Shown: piece by piece, positions 1-7,518 of the stretch
How the letters are laid out: every line of letters starts with the position of its first letter
How positions within the stretch are numbered: position 1 is the first letter of the stretch
DNA from: PVC group bacterium
GTDB taxonomy: Bacteria; Omnitrophota; Gorgyraeia; B26-G9
NCBI GenBank assembly: GCA_024231215.1
Contig: JAAEQR010000142.1
Location: 420,593 to 484,592 of the forward strand
Length of the DNA: 64,000 nucleotides
Direction: 5' to 3'
Notes under the pieces: model-generated
What the model saw: only the letters and a program-made list of their open reading frames with translations
What the model was told of the DNA's origin: nothing
Databases searched by the model: none
Position numbers and translations under genes: made by a program

Positions 1-470
1 TGCGCAATTTCATCGTAATCTAGTTTTTCCGTTTTTTTATTAACCCCGTAAAACTTCACGTTATAAAACAACCCGGAGAAATTGCGAGGATGTCCATGTG
101 AAAGATGTCCTCCACAAGCCAGATCCATTGCCAGCACAGTATCGTTGGGCTTTAAAATAGACATGAAAACCGCCATGTTTGCCTGCGCACCTGAATGCGG
201 TTGAACATTTGCGTGTTCTGCCCCAAATAACCGTTTAGCTCTATCTATAGCCAGACGTTCGGCCTCATCAACATGCTCACATCCGCCGTACCAACGAGCC
301 CCGGGATATCCTTCGGCATATTTATTAGTCAATACTGAACTCTGCGCCTGCATAACCGCCGGCGAAGTAAAATTCTCGCTGGCAATAAGCTCAATATGTG
401 CACGTTGGCGTTTTAATTCGTTTTGAATCACGTTATAAATCTGACTATCAACTTGTCTCAACTTTTTCAT
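1..470 (-). CDS. glyA: Serine hydroxymethyltransferase, N-terminal part (runs off window start)
   Basis: Manual translation from ATG at 470: [36 protein letters not shown]...[17 protein letters not shown]...[11 protein letters not shown]...GGHLSHG; classic SHMT motifs; follows rpiB. Confidence 0.96.
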   Translation of the reverse strand, partial: MKKLRQVDSQIYNVIQNELKRQRAHIELIASENFTSPAVMQAQSSVLTNKYAEGYPGARWYGGCEHVDEAERLAIDRAKRLFGAEHANVQPHSGAQANMAVFMSILKPNDTVLAMDLACGGHLSHGHPRNFSGLFYNVKFYGVNKKTEKLDYDEIA

Positions 471-482
471 TTCTTATCTCCT

Positions 483-914
483 CTAACAATCACTAAACAT
501 CTTTACTCTTTTTAAATGTCTTCCGCCGGCAAATTTTGTTTTCAACCACATATCGGTCATCCTCTTTACCTGGGGCTCTTTGATAAAGGCTGCGCCAAAA
601 ACCAAGACATTTGCATTATTATGTTCTCTTGAAAAACGAGCCATTGATAAATTAAAGCAATTTACCGCTCTGATTTTCTTTATTTTATTTGCCGCCATCT
701 GCATCCCTATTCCGCTATTACAAATAAGAATACCCCTGTCAAATTTAGCCTGGGCTACAGACCTGGCTACGGCAAGTGCATACTGTGGATAATCACATGA
801 ATCTGTAGAATCAGTTCCGAAATCTTTTACTTCATGGCCTTTTTTCTTAAGATATTTTATCAATGCCTGCTTCAATTCCAATCCACGATGATCACATCCG
901 ATAGCTATCTTCAT
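483..914 (-). CDS. rpiB: Ribose-5-phosphate isomerase B
   Basis: MKIAIGCDHRG, DYP, GILICNSGIGM, ANK, REHNNANVL, GGRH..R motifs. Confidence 0.95.
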   Translation of the reverse strand: MKIAIGCDHRGLELKQALIKYLKKKGHEVKDFGTDSTDSCDYPQYALAVARSVAQAKFDRGILICNSGIGMQMAANKIKKIRAVNCFNLSMARFSREHNNANVLVFGAAFIKEPQVKRMTDMWLKTKFAGGRHLKRVKMFSDC

Positions 915-1969
915 TTTATTTTTAACACCAGCCTCTCTATTGATTCTTGTAATACTTCCAATACCTGTTCATAAAAACGAATTTCCATACCAATTGGGTC
1001 CGGAATATTTAAATTGCCATTGTCTTGGGCCGCAAATTCTTTCAATAAAAAAACTCTATTCTCCGAAGAAGGATCCATATAGAGAACCTGTCGCTTATGA
1101 TCTTGCGACATAACTAAAATATAATCTGACTCTCTAATCATTTCATCCGTCAACATATGAGCCCGGTGTTCGGAAATATCAACTCCCTGCTGCTGCATTA
1201 CCATAACCGCTTCGGCTGATGCAGACATCCCGTCAAAAGCCGCTACCCCAGCTGAAGTAACCTTTATATATTTATTATCTTTCACTATTTTCTTCATCAA
1301 ACCTTCGGCCATTGCACTGCGACAGCTGTTACCAGTACAAACAAATAAAACATTCTTGTATTTTGATTCCTCTTGTATTAGATCTTCTGAAACAGCACCC
1401 TGGCGCAAAATATTATAATTATTATCTTCTACCGCACATACCGTAGATGCTACTCCTAACTTACTAATTCCTGCATCTATAACTGCATCTATAGCGCCAT
1501 CTAACTCAGCCAAAACATCATCCGCGCATATTGGTTCTTTTTTTCCGGGAGGATTTGCTGAAGGAGCAAAAACAGGAGTAGTAACTCTTCTTAATAACAA
1601 TTGCGCCACACCATGATCCGGCATTCGAAACCCAATAGTTTCAGAATCGCCAGACTTCAAAACCAAAGTAAGCGGCCCCGGCCAAAATTTCTTCATCAAT
1701 CGATAAGCAAACGGAGATATTTCAGAAGCAAAATATTCTATTTGGCTAATGTTGTATACACACATGGAAAACTTCTTTCCATCATCGCGCTGTTTGATCT
1801 GACGCAGTCTTTCTACCGCATTCTTGTCATTCACCAAAGCAGCTAATCCGTAAACCGTCTCGGTCGGAAACGCAATGATACCGCCACCTTTTAAAATAGC
1901 TACTGCCTCATCTATTTTCTCTACTTCCGGACGTTCTGAATTAATTTTTATTATTTTCGTTTCAGACAT
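911..1969 (-). CDS. tsaC: Threonylcarbamoyl-AMP synthase (TsaC/YrdC domain) fused to a C-terminal low-molecular-weight protein Tyr/Arg phosphatase (YwlE-like)
   Basis: N-term AFPTETVYGL, KxR, FWPGPLT, PSAN; C-term FVCTGNSCRSAMAE (CX5R) and IPDPIG. Confidence 0.9.
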   Translation of the reverse strand: MSETKIIKINSERPEVEKIDEAVAILKGGGIIAFPTETVYGLAALVNDKNAVERLRQIKQRDDGKKFSMCVYNISQIEYFASEISPFAYRLMKKFWPGPLTLVLKSGDSETIGFRMPDHGVAQLLLRRVTTPVFAPSANPPGKKEPICADDVLAELDGAIDAVIDAGISKLGVASTVCAVEDNNYNILRQGAVSEDLIQEESKYKNVLFVCTGNSCRSAMAEGLMKKIVKDNKYIKVTSAGVAAFDGMSASAEAVMVMQQQGVDISEHRAHMLTDEMIRESDYILVMSQDHKRQVLYMDPSSENRVFLLKEFAAQDNGNLNIPDPIGMEIRFYEQVLEVLQESIERLVLKIK

Positions 1970-2457
1970 TATAATTTCACTTTTATCTTTTTTATAGCTT
2001 GAGCCATATCTTTTTTAAACTGCTGCATTTTTTTCTTTAAGGTATTATCCTGAAGCGCCAGAATCTGGCAAGCTAAAATACCCGCATTCTGCGCCCCGGA
2101 TTTACCAATGGACATACAAGCCACCGGAATACCTTTGGGCATCTGTACCGTAGAAAGCAAGCTATCCAGGCCAGTCAAAGTTCTGGTATCAACCGGAATT
2201 CCAATCACCGGCAAAACAGTATGCGCCGCAACACATCCGGCAAGAGCCGCAGACATTCCTGCTGCGGCAATAACAATCTTAACTCCTCTTTTAGGCAAAC
2301 CTTCTACATGTTTAACCAATGCTTGAGGCGTACGATGAGCCGAAAGAACCTTTACCTCATATCCCACCCCAAAATTCTTTAATATATTTACAGTTTCCTG
2401 AACCACTTCAAGATCTGACTTACTTCCCATAACAATACTTACTTGTACTTTTTTCAT
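1969..2457 (-). CDS. purE: N5-CAIR mutase / AIR carboxylase PurE
   Basis: IVMGSKSD, SAHRTP, PVIGIP, DSLLSTVQMPKGIPVA. Confidence 0.95.
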   Translation of the reverse strand: MKKVQVSIVMGSKSDLEVVQETVNILKNFGVGYEVKVLSAHRTPQALVKHVEGLPKRGVKIVIAAAGMSAALAGCVAAHTVLPVIGIPVDTRTLTGLDSLLSTVQMPKGIPVACMSIGKSGAQNAGILACQILALQDNTLKKKMQQFKKDMAQAIKKIKVKL

Positions 2458-2476
2458 TTATACAATCTCCCTTCGC

Positions 2477-3754
2477 TTATGTTATTCTTGCCAAAGCCTT
2501 TTTACCGATATCCCTGCGAAAATATATTCTGTCAAATTGGATATTATCTACTACCACATAAGTTTTTTCTATAGCTTCTGTTACTGAAGCTCCTAATCCA
2601 GTTACCCCTAAAACACGCCCTCCACTAGTTAGAATCGTATCACCGTCTTTCTTAGTCCCGGCATGAAAAATAACAATATCAGCTTCTTTTTCTGCAGAAT
2701 CTAACCCGCTAATCACTTTGCCTTTTTCATAATCTCCCGGGTATCCCCCGGAAGCAATAACCACACATACACAAGCTCTCGGGTCCCATTCAATATTTAC
2801 TTCGGACAGTTTTTGTTCTAAGGTTTTGTTCATTATTTCTACAATATCACCTTTTAACCTCGGCAGTACTGCCTGAGTTTCCGGGTCTCCAAACCGCACA
2901 TTAAACTCTAACACTTTAGGCCCGGTAACAGTAAGCATAATCCCGGCATAAAGAATCCCGGAATAAAAACAGCCTTCTTCTTTCATACCTTTTATTAGGG
3001 GGATAATTACTTCTTTTTTAATCTGCTCTAAAACACCCTTAGTCACCACTGGTGCCGGAGAATACGCACCCATACCCCCGGTATTCGGTCCCTGGTCATC
3101 ATCAAATATTCTTTTATGATCCTGGCTGGAATCTAAAACAATCACATTTTCTCCGTCACTAACCGCTAAAATAGAAGCTTCTTCTCCCACCAGCATTTCC
3201 TCGATTAAAACCGTAGCCCCCGCAATACCAAAAGCTTTATCCTGCATAATTTCCTTTAAAGCGGCTTCCTGCTCTTCGAGTGTAGAACAGACAAAAACCC
3301 CTTTACCGGCACAAAGCCCGTCGGCCTTAATAACCTGCGGTTTATTTTTCACACGTACAAATTCAATAGCTTTTCCATAATCCGAGAAGATTTCAAATTC
3401 AGCTGTAGGTATATTGTATTTTTTCATAATATTCTTGGCAAATATCTTACTTGCCTCTAACCGGCTCGCTGCCTTACTCGGCCCAAAAATCTTAAGTCCT
3501 TTTGATTGAAATAAATCTACAATCCCTAAAGCCAGCGAAACCTCCGGCCCAACAACAGTCAAGTCTATCTTCTCCTGTAATGCAAAATCCAACAAAGCCT
3601 CTATATTATCTGCTTTTATCCCCACACATTCGGCAAGTCCTGCAATGCCGCCATTGCCCGGAGCACAATAAATTTTTTCTACTTGCGGTGATTGAGAAAT
3701 TTTCCACACCAGTGCATGCTCACGACCACCGGAACCAACAACCAAAATCTTCAT
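2477..3754 (-). CDS. purD: Phosphoribosylamine-glycine ligase
   Basis: GSGGREHA, APGNGG, KADGLCAGKGV, GPNTGGMGAYSP, EFNVRFGDPE. Confidence 0.97.
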   Translation of the reverse strand: MKILVVGSGGREHALVWKISQSPQVEKIYCAPGNGGIAGLAECVGIKADNIEALLDFALQEKIDLTVVGPEVSLALGIVDLFQSKGLKIFGPSKAASRLEASKIFAKNIMKKYNIPTAEFEIFSDYGKAIEFVRVKNKPQVIKADGLCAGKGVFVCSTLEEQEAALKEIMQDKAFGIAGATVLIEEMLVGEEASILAVSDGENVIVLDSSQDHKRIFDDDQGPNTGGMGAYSPAPVVTKGVLEQIKKEVIIPLIKGMKEEGCFYSGILYAGIMLTVTGPKVLEFNVRFGDPETQAVLPRLKGDIVEIMNKTLEQKLSEVNIEWDPRACVCVVIASGGYPGDYEKGKVISGLDSAEKEADIVIFHAGTKKDGDTILTSGGRVLGVTGLGASVTEAIEKTYVVVDNIQFDRIYFRRDIGKKALARIT

Positions 3755-3769
3755 ACTGCAATTCTCCTA

Positions 3770-4771
3770 TTAAACAAACGTTATCTTTTGTTTTTTCTTC
3801 ACTACTTCTCCGATCACCCAGGATTTTAATTTGGATTTTTCTAATTGTTTCTGCACACCCGCTACATCAGCCTTTTTAACCACTAAAACCATTCCAATTC
3901 CCATATTAAAAGTCCGATACATTTCCTGGTCATCAATCTTACCCTGTTTCTGTATCATATCAAATATTTTCGGGACCGGCCAGCTGGTTTTATCAACAAC
4001 AATAGATTTCCCTTTTGGGAAAATACGGGTAAGTTTTTCATAAAAAGCTCCTCCGGTAATATGAGCAACTCCTTTAATATTAAACTTATTTTTAACCGAT
4101 AAAACCGGCTTAACATAGATCCGGGTTGGCCTTAACAATTCATTGGCTAATGCTTTTAATTTAGCAGGAGAAAAAACTTTCCTAACTAGAGAAAAACCAT
4201 TTGAATGCAGCCCATTAGATTCAATACCAATAAGCTTATCCTTAAAGCTAATCTTCTTACCGTCAATAACTTGTTTACGATCAATAATTCCCACACAAAA
4301 TCCAGCCAAATCATATTCATCATCATTATAAATCCCCGGCATCTCAGCAGTTTCTCCACCAATTAAAGCACAACCGGATATTTCACACCCCTTAGCAATA
4401 CCTTTAACAATGCTGACCATTTGTTTCCGTTTTAGTTTTCCCGTAGAAACATAATCTAAAAAAAACAAAGGCTCTGCCCCCATAGCTAAAATATCATTTA
4501 CATTCATAGCCACAAGGTCGATCCCTAAAGTATCATGCTTATTAGCCAGCATCGCAATTTTTATCTTTGTTCCTACTCCATCAGCCGAAGAAACCAGTAC
4601 CGGGCTTTTATATTTCTTTGAATTAAGCTTGAAACATGCCCCGAAACTACCCAGATCAGTAAGCACTTCCGGTCGATAAGTACGCTTTATCATCGGCCCA
4701 ATGTCTTTAATAAACTTGTTTGCTTCGCTGATGTTTACTCCTGATTTCTTATAGGTAAGTCCTTTAGACAT
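3770..4771 (-). CDS. purM: Phosphoribosylformylglycinamidine cyclo-ligase (AIR synthetase)
   Basis: YKKSGV, ADGVGTK, GAEPLFFLDY, GGETAEMPG, SNGLHSNGFSL, AHITGG, TFNMGIG. Confidence 0.97.
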   Translation of the reverse strand: MSKGLTYKKSGVNISEANKFIKDIGPMIKRTYRPEVLTDLGSFGACFKLNSKKYKSPVLVSSADGVGTKIKIAMLANKHDTLGIDLVAMNVNDILAMGAEPLFFLDYVSTGKLKRKQMVSIVKGIAKGCEISGCALIGGETAEMPGIYNDDEYDLAGFCVGIIDRKQVIDGKKISFKDKLIGIESNGLHSNGFSLVRKVFSPAKLKALANELLRPTRIYVKPVLSVKNKFNIKGVAHITGGAFYEKLTRIFPKGKSIVVDKTSWPVPKIFDMIQKQGKIDDQEMYRTFNMGIGMVLVVKKADVAGVQKQLEKSKLKSWVIGEVVKKKQKITFV

Positions 4772-4791
4772 TTATTCCTCCCGCACTTTCA

Positions 4792-5586
4792 TTACGCTTT
4801 TTTCAGAAACTCAATTCCATTTTTAAAAATTTCAAAACCATCCGGGATCCCCGCATTTTCTCCTCTTGTCCAACGCGGATGCTGGGTTTTAAAAACACAA
4901 CGTTCAGGATGAGGCATCAAGCCAAATATACGTCCAGTCGCATCACAAATCCCGGCTATATGTTCAACCGACCCGTTCGGATTATCCGGATAAACTGACA
5001 ATCCTCCTTCTTTATCGCAATATTGAAAAACAATTTGTCCATTATCCATTAGGCGTTTTAGTATCGTCTTATTCTTAGCTATGAATTTACCTTCGCCATG
5101 AGCAACCGGCATACAAATCACTTCATCTATCCCTTTAGTCCACACACACTTACTGATTTGGGATTTCCGAAGATGTACCCAGCGGTCTTCAAATTTACCG
5201 GAATCATTGCAAGCCAAAGTTACTTCCTGCTGCCATTGTTTATTCCCGGGAAGCAACCCTGTTTTCACCAGTACTTGAAAACCATTACAAATACCAATCA
5301 TTAATCCGTTTTTACGCAAAAATCTCTGCAGCTCATCCTGCAATTTCATTTTGAGTTCGTTCGCCAAAATCATACCCGCGGCAATATCATCCCCATAGGT
5401 AAATCCTCCGGGAAAAGCAATGATTTGATGTTCAGAGATCATCTTTTTATTTTTTACTAATTCATTAACATGAACTAGTTTTACTTTTGCGCCTAATAAT
5501 TCGAAGGCAATTTTAGTTTCCGCATCACAGTTTGTACCTGCGGTACGAATAATTAAAACATTTATCTTATTTCTGCTTACCGTCAT
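4792..5586 (-). CDS. purQ: FGAM synthase glutaminase subunit PurQ (start moved to ATG 5586; ORF track extends to 5634)
   Basis: AGTNCD, PGGFTYGD, GICNGFQ (catalytic Cys), AHGEG, NPNGS, GLMPHPER. Confidence 0.95.
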   Translation of the reverse strand: MTVSRNKINVLIIRTAGTNCDAETKIAFELLGAKVKLVHVNELVKNKKMISEHQIIAFPGGFTYGDDIAAGMILANELKMKLQDELQRFLRKNGLMIGICNGFQVLVKTGLLPGNKQWQQEVTLACNDSGKFEDRWVHLRKSQISKCVWTKGIDEVICMPVAHGEGKFIAKNKTILKRLMDNGQIVFQYCDKEGGLSVYPDNPNGSVEHIAGICDATGRIFGLMPHPERCVFKTQHPRWTRGENAGIPDGFEIFKNGIEFLKKA

Positions 5587-7507
5587 ATAAAACAACCTTA
5601 TTCCTTCCTTCTTCCTTGGCCAGACATAACGCATTTTCCGAACACCTCAAGAATCCCTCTGGCGAAAAATCCTTGCTCACACCGTCGAAATAAGCAACCC
5701 CGATACTAACCGTCACTCCTAAGATTTTACCCTCATGTCCCATTTTAAAATCTTCTACACTCTTTCTTAATCTTTCAGCAACAATCATCGTATCATCAAT
5801 ATGCTTTCTGATAATTTCGCCCGGCCCCTGAGTAGACTCTTCCTGCCTTGTTTCCGGCAAAATAACTGCAAATTGTTCGCCACTATAACGAGCCAGGACA
5901 TCAACATTTCTTAATTTATTTTTTAGGAGTAATCCAATATTTTTTAAGATCAAATCTCCCACCTGATGCCCGTACATATTATCGAATTCTTTAAACCTGT
6001 CAACATCAACCATTAATAAGGATATTGGGTGTCCATATCGTTTACACCGGGCAATTTCCTCTCCCAGCCGCATCAAAAAATAATTATAGTTAAAAACCTT
6101 TGTTATTCCGTCAATAATCGCTTCGCTATATAATCGTGCGTTTTCAATCGCCGCGGAAGCTTCAGCCGCAAAAGATTCAAGGGCATTAATATCATCCTGT
6201 GTATATATACCATCCTGCTTCCTGCCCCCCAAAATAATACTGCCCACCAGCTTATCTTTAATAATCAAAGGGATAACAACTTCAGCATTAAACACATTAA
6301 TTTTTTCAAACACCTTCTCAACTTCAACAATATCTTCTGACTGCTTACATTCTTCTTTAACCAAAATACCCTGCGTATTTTCTAAACGCCTCAATAATGC
6401 GTCATTGGATTCAAGTATCAAATCTTCCTGAATTTCTTTACTTATACCATAAGACGCCTTAATCACTGCGCCCTGCCCCTCTTCATCCTCTAAAAACACT
6501 GCCGCCTTATCTACATCAAACGTTTGAACAATTATCTGAACAATATAATTAAGCAATTGGTCCATGTCCATTATAGAACTCAGCTGCCCGGAAAGATTTA
6601 AGAGAATATTCTGGTAATCATATCTTCCTTTAAACACAATCTTGTTTGAGAGTTTCCTTGCTTTCTTTTTATAGGGAGAAAACATTATTATCGAAATAAT
6701 AATAACCGAAGATATTGCTACAGCCGAGAACGCATCTACCAGTAATAAAAACAAGCGCACAAAAACAAGGTGCAAAAAAACCAGCGGGAGCACTGAAAGT
6801 CCGATTAAAGTCAAACGATGCAGCATTATATCAAATGTCAATAACCGATAATTTACAATAGAATAAGCAATCAATATCCCGGCAATAGTTAAAAACACTA
6901 CACTGCCTTGATATACCACAACTCCCGCAGCAGACAAAAAACTCATAAGTAATGCCAGAACACTCAGCGCAATACTAAAGATAATTAGATTGCTTTGTTT
7001 TCTAGTTAATGAGGATAATGGCACTTGTTTGCTATGAATCAGGCACATAACCACACCCAACGGCAAAAATAACCCTGTATTTAAAAGAAATAAAAAATAT
7101 GGGACATTTGTCAAAGAAATTGTTCTCGCCCAGGGAAAAAGAACGAATTTTATTTCACAAAAACCGCCCCAGAAGCAAACAGATGCAGCTCCTAAAAGAC
7201 AGGAAACTGTAAAAAGAAAATTCAAAAGCCCTGTTCTTCCTTTGTTTACACATAAAAGCAAATAAAACAAAGCTGGCACCACCAAAGATGCCCCCGTCAA
7301 AAAGATTTTTGTCCAAAGCAAAAGAGTATTCGGCTGTTCTTTAAACTGAATAAACCCGAAAGATAGCAGACAATAACAAAAAATCGTCAAAGAAACAGGA
7401 AGATAAGGACGAGTCAAATAAGACTTCTCCCTTTTCATCAAAACAAAAACACCTGTCCCCAAAGTAACCAGGGCACAAACAAATGAGATAAAAGAATAGA
7501 TATTCAT
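5567..7507 (-). CDS. Multi-TM sensor + GAF + degenerate GGDEF-domain protein (start moved to ATG 7507)
   Basis: About 8-9 hydrophobic segments in first ~280 aa; GAF (PLIIKDKLVGSIILG...AIENARLY); GGDEF-domain scaffold DGITKVFN, DVDRFK, GHQVGD, TVSIGVA, AKEEGRN; signature reads RYSGEQF. Confidence 0.88.
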   Translation of the reverse strand: MNIYSFISFVCALVTLGTGVFVLMKREKSYLTRPYLPVSLTIFCYCLLSFGFIQFKEQPNTLLLWTKIFLTGASLVVPALFYLLLCVNKGRTGLLNFLFTVSCLLGAASVCFWGGFCEIKFVLFPWARTISLTNVPYFLFLLNTGLFLPLGVVMCLIHSKQVPLSSLTRKQSNLIIFSIALSVLALLMSFLSAAGVVVYQGSVVFLTIAGILIAYSIVNYRLLTFDIMLHRLTLIGLSVLPLVFLHLVFVRLFLLLVDAFSAVAISSVIIISIIMFSPYKKKARKLSNKIVFKGRYDYQNILLNLSGQLSSIMDMDQLLNYIVQIIVQTFDVDKAAVFLEDEEGQGAVIKASYGISKEIQEDLILESNDALLRRLENTQGILVKEECKQSEDIVEVEKVFEKINVFNAEVVIPLIIKDKLVGSIILGGRKQDGIYTQDDINALESFAAEASAAIENARLYSEAIIDGITKVFNYNYFLMRLGEEIARCKRYGHPISLLMVDVDRFKEFDNMYGHQVGDLILKNIGLLLKNKLRNVDVLARYSGEQFAVILPETRQEESTQGPGEIIRKHIDDTMIVAERLRKSVEDFKMGHEGKILGVTVSIGVAYFDGVSKDFSPEGFLRCSENALCLAKEEGRNKVVLYDGKQK

Positions 7508-7518
7508 AGTCAAGAAAA

